Assembly (NCBI GenBank): GCA_951406725.2
Contig: OX597814.1
Location: 25,420,001-25,484,000, forward strand
Reading direction: 5' to 3'
Length of the DNA: 64,000 nt
Source: Octopus vulgaris
Taxonomy: Eukaryota
Shown here: piece after piece, positions 1-10,999 of the stretch
How positions within the stretch are numbered: position 1 is the first letter of the stretch
Layout of the letters: each line of letters begins with the position of its first letter
The notes under the pieces: model-generated
Seen by the model: only the letters and a program-made list of their open reading frames with translations
What the model was told of the DNA's origin: nothing
Database searches by the model: none
Program-made: the position numbers and the translations under genes

Positions 1-1185
1 TGACTGGTCAGCTGTAGCACAATGTGAGGAAAAGAAAACAGATGGACAAGAATTGAGAATTTGATCCAAATGAAATGAACATAGTTAAATATAGAGAAGA
101 ACCGTGTTGTGGTGTTAAATTGTGCTGTATGTTAGATTTACCTTTTCCAGAAGATGAAGAAGACAGTCAATGTTTTTTTTTTTTATCATAACTCAAGAAA
201 TTGACTCATAATCTATCTACTACAGGGAGATTGATTGTGATTTGAACTGATAAATACTCCTATGTAACTTGTCTTTACTTGCATTTCTAGGAGCCATGTT
301 CCTCCTCAGAAGGTGCTCTGATAGTCAATTCAGTGTGTTACTAGAATGTGTCTTCAAGAATATAGAGAAAGAAAATGGAAGGAGTGATAAATGGAATACA
401 GAAAAATAAATAATAGCAATATATAAAGAAAAAGAATCAGTAAATGAAAATAAAGTGAATGGAAAGACAAAAGGAAGAGAATTTGAAAGAAGACACACAT
501 GCGTTAAATCAAGACTAAAGCAGGGTGGATCAAGATCAGAGTTAATGAATTAGCCATTAGGAATAAAAATAATAATGTACAATCTGGGGTCCTAAAATGA
601 CAATTCCTCTTACTCTCTTGTCTTCACTTCAACGAGGAGCAAAGGTCTGAAATGTTAGACACTTCACTCTTCCTTGCAAACTTTCCAATGTAAAATTAAT
701 AGTTTAGTTAAGAGACAAACAGATTGACCTTGTTTTTAGTTTATAGCAGGTTATATCCATTCATTCCTGTTTGGGTTTCTATCAGAGAACTCTGTACTGT
801 TGTTTTTCATTGAGGCAAATGATACAACTTGTATATTGAGATATGTTTAAAGTAGATTACAATTTGGCATACAATAGCATCACTAGACATTGCTGTGGCT
901 GTTATGTCATGCAGTTATGCAAACTCTAAATTTTATCCCATTATGCACCACAGTTTTATTGATTGATCTCGCATGTTTTACTAGAATTATTAGTTATTTC
1001 TTGGATAATATTACTACTGATGGTATCCATAATCTTTTAAGCAGTCTATGGAAAGATCTGAGCATTACAAGCTTACAAAACACTCAGGAGTCACAATACT
1101 AAGTTTCTACTACTTGTCCATTGTCTCTCTGCAGACAGACTTATCAGATTTTATAGATTTTTAATAATTTATTTATTTATTAATC

Positions 1186-1193
1186 TATTATTA

Positions 1194-1236
<43 letters not shown>

Positions 1237-1277
1237 CATTACTATTATTATTATTATTATCATTATTATTATTATTG
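1186..1277. repeat. (TTA)n / (TAA)n microsatellite at the 3' end of the Dong/R4 relic
   Basis: Imperfect tattattatt... run seen directly. Confidence 0.95.
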
Positions 1278-1279
1278 TT

Positions 1280-2399
1280 CATAAGTTTCTATGTTTATTT
1301 TACACCGTCACTACATAACCAAGCACAGATTTGTGTGTTTTGAGTACATGCAGTGCTTTGTGTGTGTGTGCAATTTGATATTATATTGAATGCACTTTTT
1401 GTAAAATAGTTTATTGTAGTGCAATTTTCCTAATGTTGAGCACATAATTAAGTCTTTGAGGTTGGATTATGCCTTTGTCTACGTATTTTTAACTATCCCA
1501 AACAAGGTATTATTGCAGGAGTTCTATTTCCTATTCCACTTTCTCATTAACTCTACTATTTCCAGATCCTTATTTTGATAATATTTCTATTTCCTTTTGA
1601 GATATATCATTCTCTGTTAGAATTGATACATCAGTTAAAAGACATTTCTTTGACTGGTTATTTTTGAGAATAGTAATCTGGTCTGTGTGAATTTTATTGT
1701 CTCAAAATAAGGTTGCTTTCCCTTTCTCTCAGACTTTTCTGTTCTATATTTTTACTATCTCTTTTCTGTCATTTTTCATTAAAGCTGGTATTCTTAGTAT
1801 ATGAAATTTCCAGTTTTGTCCTGTATATAAATGTTCTTTCACTTCTACTGGGTAAAAGTAAAGTACATGATGCATATTCTGTTTTATTATATTGTTTTGT
1901 CAGTTTCTATTGAAAGACTTTACTCTTAGTGTTGGTAGTAAAAATCTTTTGCTCTTAGCTTTTAAAGAATGTATTTTTCAGCCACCCACTATTTTTTTAT
2001 CTACTCCTACTTTTTCATTCTTCTCAGATATTGGTTGTGTAGGAGCTTTTCTTACCAACATCTTAACATGCAAGATTGTATTATCATTTTCAGTTTATAT
2101 TTTAGTTTTTCTTAGTTTCTGCAGTTGTTTCACCAATCTCTTTGCTGTTGTCTGTTATTTCAGCACCTGTTGTATGTTTTGGCTTCTTTAAGAACACAGA
2201 AATAGATTCTTTGTTTTGTTACTGCCATATAGCTATTTGCATTAGTTTCACTTTGTTTATTACTAAATACATTTGTAGTTCCACTATAGATTGTTTACAA
2301 TAGTTTGATAATTGCAGAAGACCCCAAACTGTAATGCATAAATGGCAAATATAATCCTTCCGTGCCATATTTTGGGTAATGAATTTTGAATGTAGTCAT

Positions 2400-2435
<36 letters not shown>

Positions 2436-2900
2436 GGCATGCATTCACACACGTACATGTCTAATCTTGGTAATTGTCTTATATTCTACTACAGAATATT
2501 ATAACTATCACTTATTACACTGACAGCTAAAGTATCAATGCCTATTAACTTATTTTTTGCATTTAGCATAGCTTTAAGTAGTAATCTAATGTATTTGTAA
2601 TATTCCTTCCTAACCTTTTCTTTCATATCTGTGGCTTGTACTCTGTCTAGTGCATTAATTCCTAAGTATTTGTAAGTCTGCCTTTGATCTAATTCTTTAA
2701 TCTCTCTTTCTTTATCTAGCATGACATTAGTGTTCTTAATTAATTTTCCTCTGCCTTTGTGCCTTTTTCTAACCCCAGTCCTCTAGTAAATTGTATACTT
2801 TCTGTAGCAATGTTTACAGTTGTTTAATATCTGCAACGTACAACTTGAAGTCATCTGCATACAAAACATTGCATGTATTCACACAACTGCTTTGGTTATA
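1280..2900 (-). mobile_element. Degenerate R4/Dong-clade non-LTR retrotransposon (RT C-terminal half plus restriction-like endonuclease), 5'-truncated
   Basis: Minus-strand peptides in the expected order: LYADDFKLY (~2840-2870; cf. YMDDLKLY), IKELDQRQTYKYLGI...MKEKVRKEYYKYIRLLLKAMLNAKNKLIGIDTLAV (ORF 2489-2722), then KIHTD...KKCLLTDVSILTENDISQKEIE..SK.KDLEI (~1550-1715; REL endonuclease pattern). Stops, frameshifts and a (CA)n insertion at ~2400-2460. Confidence 0.85.
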
Positions 2901-3214
2901 TGATGAGTTCACATAACAGAAATAAAACAGTAGTAGTAGTAGTAGTAATAGTAGTAGTAGTAGTAGTAGTAGTAACAGCAGCAAGCGCAGTAGAAGAAAT
3001 AGTAGTAAGGGACACATTGTGCAGAGCATTTCAGTACAATAGAAACAAAAGATAAAGTGCACAGAGCTGTTTTTGGCAGCACAAAATCAAAATAAAACCA
3101 CAGTATAATGATAATAACAATAACAACAATAACAAGGACAACAGCATCATGCTTTTCATAAAGACATTTACACACACCCGACACCCTTTCAAAGAAAATA
3201 CATTTGGTATATTC

Positions 3215-3372
3215 AGGTGGCCTTCTGGTAAGAAGTTTGCTTCTCAGCCACGTGATTGCAAGTTCAGTCCTACAATGAATGTGGCACTTGGGCAAGTGTC
3301 TTCAGCCATAGCTATGGACTGACCAAAGCCTTGTGAAAGGATTTGGTAGACTGAAACTAAAAGGAGCTCATC
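3215..3372 (+). mobile_element. SINE family B (tRNA head plus CORE-like domain), 5' part
   Basis: ggtaagaagtttgct...agttcagtcct...cttgggcaagtgtcttc...gaccaaagccttgtga; matches the full copy at 40072-40478. Confidence 0.85.
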
Positions 3373-3438
3373 ATATATATATATATATATATATATATCT
3401 TTATATATATGTATATGTATATACATACACATATATAT

Positions 3439-3480
<42 letters not shown>

Positions 3481-3502
3481 TTATATACATGTATATGTAT
3501 AT

Positions 3503-3534
<32 letters not shown>

Positions 3535-3860
3535 GAATAGTTAATCCAAACAAGAAAGCACAAAAAAAAAACACAACGCGAGGACATGGAACAAATATAG
3601 TATTATTGGATGATCAGGAAAGAAGGAGGGTTTAACGTTTCGAGCAGAGCTCTTCATCGGAAACATAGAAGGAAAGATCCAGTGATATATATACATATAT
3701 ATAGATATATATACATATATATAGATATATATACATATATATATACATATACATAGATATATATACATATACATATATATAGATATATATAAATATACAT
3801 ATATATAGATATATATACATATACATATATATAGATATATATACATATACATATATATAG

Positions 3861-3931
<71 letters not shown>

Positions 3932-3947
3932 TATATATATATATATA
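3373..3947. repeat. Compound (TA)n / (ATATATAGATATATATACATATAC)n micro- and minisatellite with a unique insert at 3535-3684
   Basis: Seen directly; source of the IYIYIY ORFs. Confidence 0.95.
3535..3684 (-). mobile_element. Penelope-like element terminal-repeat relic with a minimal hammerhead-like motif, inside (TA)n
   Basis: Minus 3630-3664 reads GTTT-CCGATGA-A-GAGC-TCT-GCTC-GAAA-CG-TT-AAAC: stem I GTTT/AAAC, core one mismatch from CUGANGA, stem II GAGC/GCTC, palindromic AACGTT stem III. Confidence 0.55.
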
Positions 3948-4110
3948 TTAGAAGAAATGAGGTAATCAGAAATCTGGATGGTTTTATATTTACAGATATT
4001 TATTAGTATTTTACATGTTTTTATAAATCATATATCATATATTAGCGATTTCGTCCACTCTAGTGGAGTTTTCAAATTGAACTTTTGCAGGAATTTTGAC
4101 TCTTTTTTAT
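3948..4110 (-). mobile_element. Possible second Penelope-like 3'-end relic with a degenerate hammerhead motif
   Basis: Minus 4041-4077: TTGAAAA-C-TCCAC-TAGA-GTGGA-C-GAAA-TCGC-TA, then AATAAA, ending at the (TA)n array. Two mismatches in the core. Confidence 0.35.
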
Positions 4111-4196
4111 AGTATTATTGAGTGTGTAGGGGTGGGGAGAGATATAAAATAGTACAAGAGGGTGAGGAATGGGGAGAAATTGAGAGAGAGAGAGAG

Positions 4197-4233
<37 letters not shown>

Positions 4234-4371
4234 TTTTGTATTTGAAAGATGTGTTAAAGAAAAAGAGGAGGAAAGGAAGAAGGAGAGAAAGAAGAATAAA
4301 TTTGTTGATATTTTTGCAGCTGGTTAGTTTTTCAATAGTAAGTAATATATATATAATATATATGTGTGTGT

Positions 4372-4406
<35 letters not shown>

Positions 4407-4762
4407 TGTATGTATGCATGTGTCTTTGTGTTCATCTGCTACCACCACTTGAAAATTGGTGTTGGTTTGATTTTGCTCTTGTAACTTTGCAATTTAGTAT
4501 AAGAAACTTTAAAAGATAAATACTTGGAATGATTCATTTGACTTAAAACCTTTCTAGGTGATAGCCAAGCATGGCTATAGTCCAATGATAGAAACAAGTA
4601 AAAGATGAATGATAAATTAGATATGGTGAAATTAAGCAGGCTGCCCATTTTTGATAGTTATGTATACTATCTTCACGACTGGTTAAATTATGGGAACACC
4701 TAAGTGACATGTTATAAATAGTTATATTAACTTGATCATTATGATACCCAGTATTGGAAGTA

Positions 4763-5107
4763 AAGGGGTAAGGGGTAAAGACCCCCTTCGGTCATGAATG
4801 ACCATGGGATTGCACCTAGAAAGTTACCCTCCTAGACACAAGTCCGGGCAAGGTTGTTTATGGAAGACCAGCAGTCGCCCATGCATACCGGCCTCCCCTC
4901 TCCACGCCACCAGTGTTATCCAAGGGAAAGACAAAGGCCGATACAGCTTGGCACCTGTGACGTCGCAACTCATTTCTACAGTTGAGTGAACTGGAGCAAC
5001 GTGAAATAAAGTGCCTTGCTCAAGAACACAACATGCAGCCCGGTCCGGGATTCGAGCTCACAACCTCACGATCGTAAGCTCGACGCTCTAACCACTGAGC
5101 CATGCGC
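4763..5107 (-). mobile_element. SINE family C (tRNA-derived head), full length
   Basis: Minus head GCGCATGGCTCAGTGGTTAGAGCG...GAGCTCGAATCCCGG (A and B boxes), central GTGTTCTTGAGCAAGGCACTTT, short (TTACCCC) tail. Confidence 0.9.
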
Positions 5108-5409
5108 AGTACTAAACAAAAAATGATAAACGTCGCCCTTTTCAAGCCGGTTTCTGTGGCGTATGTGTTCCCCCCAGCTAGACGGGATGCCAGTCCATTG
5201 CAGCGTTACTCAAGAAACAGGAAGAGAGAGTGAGAGAAAGGTGTGGTGAAAGAGTACAACAGGGGTCGCCACTACCTCCTGCCGGAGCCTCGTGGAGCTT
5301 TTAGGTGTTTTTGCTCAATAAACACACACAACGCCCGGTCTGGAAATCAAAACTGCGATCCTCCGACTGCAAGTCCGCTGCCCTAACTACTGGGCCATTG
5401 CACCTCCAC
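5108..5409 (-). mobile_element. SINE family D (tRNA-derived head), head-to-tail with the family C copy
   Basis: Minus head GGAGGTGCAATGGCCCAGTAGTTAGGGCAGCGGAC...; homologous to 19390-19678. Confidence 0.9.
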
Positions 5410-5526
5410 ATTGGAAGTACTACACTGATTAAAATAAATCTAAATCAATATTAGAAGCATGAAGGGTTTCAATGTTGTGCTGATGAATGAGCCATGTGCA
5501 TATACATCCATTACCAGTTTTTTGTA

Positions 5527-5662
5527 TTCACCCAAGGTTAACTTTACCTTTCATCCTTTTGGGATTGATAAAATAAGAAGCTGTTGAACACTGGGATTGA
5601 TTTAATCAACTTACCCCTTCCCCTAAAATTGCTGGCCATGTGCCAAAATTTGAAACCAATAT
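5527..5662 (+). mobile_element. SINE family A (Meta-like domain), degenerate 3' part
   Basis: ctttcatccttttgggattgataaaataag...ttgaaaccaat. Confidence 0.75.
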
Positions 5663-7164
5663 TAAAAGAATAACGGTACATTTTAGTTCAAGATATAGGA
5701 CACTGATTTCTCATGAAATCTTGATAGAAACAAATGCCATTACAATTTCCTGATTGCATAATACAAATGGCCACCTTTCATCGACGTAAAACTACGATAG
5801 TGTGAAAAGAAATAAGTTTCCAACAATAAAAATCTGTGATGTAGTTTCACTTCTTGATTGTAAATATCTCCTTTCATTTGCTCACTATGCCCTTGATGAA
5901 GATATAACTTGTCATTCAGTTAATTCCCTTTCTACTATAAATCCTTGAGCTTGTGTCTCGATAACAAATCAACATCAGAATGATAAATGTGCTTTATTAT
6001 TGTTCCTTACAACTTTGTCTTAATTAGACTCATTAATTTTATATATCATAAATGAACTGACCATGACTTTTTTTTTTTTTTTTTTGCTATGAGGAGGGTC
6101 AACAGCTGCAATTTATAATTAAATTAATCTAATTCTGACAGATTACCAATTAAAGCTCTGCCTATCAGCAGTATACTAACAGCATGCTTAAAGGTTTTAT
6201 GCTCCGACCCCATCCTCCTTTATTTGTAATCAGAATAAGTGTAAATATTTCCTCGGTAAAATCCTATTCCTGTTAGGAGGAATTCAAATTTATAATCTCT
6301 GAGATGTCTCTTTGCATGACCTAATGTGAATATCGGCACTTTAGCTGGAATCATTTCTGCATGCATACCTACACACCAATGAATTGATTCAGCATCTTAA
6401 ATCCCCTTGGCACTTGCATGAAATAAACTTATGGATCCTAGATCATGCCACCGATGTCACTTTCTTAATACTTGACATTAAGTTCAATTAGATTTCTCAG
6501 CAAGTTTTCACTGTGAGAGTTATTCAGTTTTAGTGGAAGCAAATAAAATTAGAACATTCAATGCACCATCTCGCTTAGTGCTGATGACATAATAATATCT
6601 ACATATAAATTAGCATGTTATTAAGTAATTTATCTCTTGCTTTGTTATTACATACAGACATACATCTATGTATATGTATATGTATATATATATATATAGT
6701 GGCATACATACACTTTGTTTTCTTATACATATATATGTGTGTGTGTGTGTATGTATATGAAAATTCTTTATTTCTTATAAATTTCTCCATCATGTTTAGA
6801 GGATTAAATTACAGAGATATCTTCAGAGATTTAATAGTGAAAACTCAATCAAGAAAACTGTCCTTTGTTAATGCCAGTATCTTTATTAGAAATCTTTTGT
6901 TTTATGAAGGTTGTTGTTAACCTATGGCACACAGATAGTTGGCTTAGTTGCTAAGTGCTACCACATATCTATTTTCCTATATACGATTCTTCTGTCTAGC
7001 AGAGAATTACATTGCACACTTTGACACACATTGATTAATTGTATGGAGGTTGTAGAAACTACTTCTACTCTAATAAAATATGTAAATCTACCTGATATTT
7101 AATTGCCTATCTAGATTCTATGTATAGTTTACAAATGTGTCTTTATTTCTTCCAGAAAGTTTTA

Positions 7165-7262
7165 TATGGTTATCAACCTGCTAGAAATAACAGCCAAATA
7201 TCCTCCAATGCACACTCTGCAAGTTTTTAAAAAAACACGTTGGACAATGTAATCTTGACAAT
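7165..7262 (+). repeat. Old dispersed repeat family F (ctagaaatagcagccaaat...tggataatgtagt). Other copies near 12360-12620(-), 15200-15400, 15450-15620, 24260-24470(-), 54170-54665, 63720-63900
   Basis: The motif cluster recurs across the window by eye; element class not determined. Confidence 0.6.
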
Positions 7263-7315
7263 ACACAAAGCCACCTAGTGAATTCAAATAAGTTTTCTTA
7301 TAATGTTAGAGCAGG

Positions 7316-8215
7316 ATACAACTTTGCTCCAGCCAATGGATCTACATGTGATAAGGCATCTTATCTACAAATTTCAAACAACTTATGAAAGCAATTGATA
7401 GGGAGGATAAGCCTACAGTTAGATACCTCCAAAAGGAATTCAACATAATGGATGCTGTTGTTGATGCAGGTGAGTCAACTTTGAATGGTGCATAGAGAAA
7501 TATACATTTCTTTACTACCCACAAGGGGCTAAACACAGAGGGGACAAGCAAGGACAGACAAAGGGATTAAGTCAATTACATTGACCCCAGTACGTAACTA
7601 GTACTTAATTTATTGACCCTGAAAGGATGAAAGGCAAAGTTGACCTCAGCGGAATTTGAACTCAGAATGTAACAACAGACAAAATACGGCTACACATTTT
7701 GCCCACCATACTAACATTTCTGCCAGCTCGCCACTGGCTTAGAAAAATATACAACCACACTTTATCCATGATTTTACAAGGTTTCTGCAAGTTTAAGTCT
7801 ACATTAAACTTGAAAAATATTCTAACACTTGCAACGGATTTTGCAACTGAAGAAGTAATAGATGAGTTGATGTGCCATTCTGTCCCATAGAGAGATAGAT
7901 TTGAGTTGCTAGTACCTTCATAGTGAAAGTTTATCTAAGAAGCAGCTGATACTGTGAGAACAAGAGCAAGCTTAGAATATGGAAATTTCCGCTAGCTCCA
8001 CTTTAATTAACTGCACACAATATTGCTAAAGGGTTGACACTTCTAGAGGAAGGCTTAAATATTTTATTGATAATGCTCCTAATGATGAATGTAATATAGA
8101 AATTACCAGAGTTTACAATAAGCTCAGTTCCCACACTGAATTGTACAAAGAGATGATGTATCATAAACAGCAAGCAATTTTGGATAGGTTCTTCGTCCCT
8201 CAAGTGGATGACTAT
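7316..8215 (+). pseudogene. Tigger/pogo-family DDE transposase relic (C-terminal part), interrupted by a SINE
   Basis: TTLLQPMDLHVI (cf. TTSLLQPMDQGVI), FKQLMKAIDREDKPTVRYLQKEFNIMDAV, ESTLNGA*R, then after the SINE PHFIHDFTRF, EEVIDELMCH, AKGLTLLEEGL and KQQAILDRFF (cf. QTTLDSFF). Confidence 0.8.
7507..7740 (-). mobile_element. SINE family A, full length, with 9-bp target-site duplication AAATATACA
   Basis: Minus GGCGAGCTGGCAGAA...GAGTTCAAATTCC...GCCTTTCATCCTTTCAGGGTCAATAAATTAAGTAC (Meta-like domain). TSD at 7498-7506 and 7745-7753. Confidence 0.9.
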
Positions 8216-8712
8216 CAAATATAAGACGGGAATTAGTGGCCTTCATCTTCCTAGAAAATTTCATTGCACCACCACCATCCCTCACATAGTTGTCAACATA
8301 TTTTGCAAATGGTGGTTTGTCCTCTATTACAAAATGATAATTCTTATCTATATTTTTCTTCATATGTTTTTATGCAGAGATATTTTACTATATATATTTA
8401 CAAATCATTATTTTTATGCATAGAAGTAGTTGAGTGATTTCTTTTTTCTTTTGTTTACCTTTTTGTAATATTTTAAAAATATTCGTTAAAGTACATTATA
8501 AATTTATAGCATCAAAATCAATGGGATAATTAACTTAGCATTATGGTAAGATTTTCAGGATTGCATTACTGTCGTAATGGGACGTTCCTGTGTGTGTGTG
8601 TATGTATGTATGTATGTATGTATGTATGTGTGTATGTATGTATGTATATGTATGTATTTATGTATGTATATGTGTGCACACATGTGTGTGTATATATATG
8701 TATGGTTATTCA

Positions 8713-8935
8713 CAAGAAATGATGAAGAAATTGTTCTGAGGTTTATTTATACAGAGGTACAAAAACGCTTCAAATTTTTTAAGGAAATGGAATGAAATGG
8801 AATGAAATAAAATAAAGTATTCATCTTTATTTTACTACAATTTATTTTATTCCATTTCATTTCATTTCCTTGAAAAGACTGAAGACTCTCTCTACCTGTA
8901 TATAAATCAAGTAAGGTACAATTACTTAATTTCTT
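8713..8935. mobile_element. Imperfect fold-back (MITE-like) element, arms ~100 bp
   Basis: aaggaaatggaatgaaatggaat...aaataaa pairs with tttattttattccatttcatttcatttcctt; complementarity extends outward to aagaaat.../...atttctt. Confidence 0.6.
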
Positions 8936-8996
8936 CTAGCAAACTTTATTGTTATTACCAATATTCAATTCTATATATGGCCAAAAACATTTTAAT

Positions 8997-9209
8997 TCTC
9001 TCTCTCTCTCCCTCTTTCTTTCTCTTTCTTTCTCTCTATTTATTTCCCCCCTCTCTCTCTTTCTTTCTTTCTCTCTCTTTCCTTCTCTCTCTCTCTCTAT
9101 CTCTCTGTGTGTGTAGAGAGAGAGAGAAATAAAGAAATAAAGGAGGAAAGAAAGAAAGGAAGGAAGGAAGAAAGAAAGACAGACAGATAGACAGATAGAC
9201 AAATAGATG

Positions 9210-9247
<38 letters not shown>

Positions 9248-9265
9248 CAGATAGACAAATAGATG

Positions 9266-9364
<99 letters not shown>

Positions 9365-9445
9365 GGATAGATAGATGGATAGATCGATAGATAGATAGAT
9401 CGATAGGTAGGTAGGTAGGTAGGTAGGTAGGTAGAGACAGACTAG
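8997..9445. repeat. Compound (TC)n, (GAAA)n, (GATA)n, (GACA)n, (GGTA)n microsatellite
   Basis: Seen directly; explains the YLSIYLSI ORFs. Confidence 0.95.
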
Positions 9446-9534
9446 GCAACTGACCTGCAGAGAGACGGATAGGTACATATGAACTGGCAGAATTGTTGGT
9501 GCACTGGACAAAATGAAGCATTTCATTTGTCTTT

Positions 9535-9920
9535 ATGCTCAAATTCCATCAAGGTCAATTTTGCCTTTCATCCCCTAGGAATTGATAAAATAACATGCCA
9601 GTTAATTACTGGGACTGAGGTAATGGATTAGACACCTCCCCCAATATTTCAGGCTATATGCATATAGTAGAAAGGATTATTATTGTTTTAATAATTCTTT
9701 TTTATTATAGGCACAAGACCTGAAATTTTGGCAGAGGGAGTGGCTAAGTCAACTGCATCAACCCCAGACAGAATGCAATAGGTACTTATTTCATTAACCC
9801 CCAAGAGAAAGAAAGGCAAAGCTGACCATGGCAGAATTTGAACTCAGAACATGAAGGAAGACAAAATGGCATGAACCGTTTTCTCTGGTATATTAAATAA
9901 TCCTACCAGCTTCCCATCTT
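9535..9920. mobile_element. Two degenerate family A SINEs tail-to-tail (~9535-9680 +, ~9705-9920 -)
   Basis: gcctttcatcccctaggaattgataaaa on the plus strand; aaaggcaaagctgaccatggcagaatttgaactcaga is the opposite orientation. Confidence 0.75.
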
Positions 9921-10092
9921 TTTTGAGAATATAAAAATGTAATATCGTTTTTCATTAATAATAATACACCTACTCAATTAATCAATATATGTGTGTCTGT
10001 TTTTGTAACTTATGGACTTTTAGACAACTATACATACATGTGTGTATGTGCATGTGTATGCATGTATGTGTGCATGTGTGTGTGTGCATATG

Positions 10093-10123
<31 letters not shown>

Positions 10124-10870
10124 ATAAACAACACCCACATCCCAACACATACACTGAGAGATTGCAGTGGCATGAAACTCAAATCACAAGACAATGAATT
10201 TTGTTTAAATATGGAAGAGAGAGTGGTAACTAGAAATCATAATGGTGCATGTGTGTTTGTGTGTATGTGTGTGCATGTGTATCTATCTATATATATATAT
10301 ATATATATTAGTGCAGAAGCAGTGTGTATACATGCATGTGTATACATGTGTGTTTGTGAATATTTATGTTTATAAATGGTTTGATCTTATGATAGTGTAT
10401 GCATGCATACATAAATTTATCTCTAGTATGTTTATCTTATTAATAAAGGTAAATATGCAAATCTTTATATAGCTTTACTTCTGATAAAATAAATATACAT
10501 TTGTTTATTTATAATAATGTGAATAAGCATGGCAAAATATGAATTTCTCAGTATAGTGGATACTGAATGCATATTACTTACCTATATTCTAAGGAAACAG
10601 TATATAATTTAATATCTGTGTCACACTAGGTTTTTCATAAAAGTCTTCAAATATATTGATAAAATATCTCCTATAGACACATTGTCTGTACATTTACATT
10701 TTTCTTTCTCATTTTACATTTTGTTTTTATATTTATTTTACTAACCCACCTAAAACCAAAAGTTTAGAAGAATTCCATCCATCTAACTGCAATCTTTTAC
10801 AGATCTGCTTCGTTCAAGTTATCTTGGTCATATATCACAACTTCCAGATCTAGACCTCCTAGATGCTTAC

Positions 10871-10999
10871 GGGAGATCTCTTCCTCTTCAATCAACCAGC
10901 TGTCCAAATGGCTCAGCATATTTCTGCTTTGTTGAAGCCAGCTTTTTCTGCGTGGTTTAATGTCTGGCTTGTGCACAGCAATCACATTGTACCAGTCTT
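10871..10999 (-). other. Candidate coding exon (unverified)
   Basis: Unique, locally GC-richer. Minus AG|AAGACTGG...ATCTCCC|GTAAGC, 129 nt, phase 1-1, open frame DWYNVIAVHKPDIKPRRKSWLQQSRNMLSHLDSWLIEEEEIS. Weak polypyrimidine tract; no protein family recognised. Confidence 0.25.

Noticed and set aside
5040-5107. tRNA-like sequence with A and B boxes (also near 19610-19678 and 40072-40132)
   Set aside because: These continue into SINE bodies and lack a proper acceptor stem, so they are SINE heads rather than tRNA genes.
7356-7469. Apparent exon ending in CAG|GTGAGT
   Set aside because: Tigger transposase similarity continues through the supposed donor (ESTLNGA).
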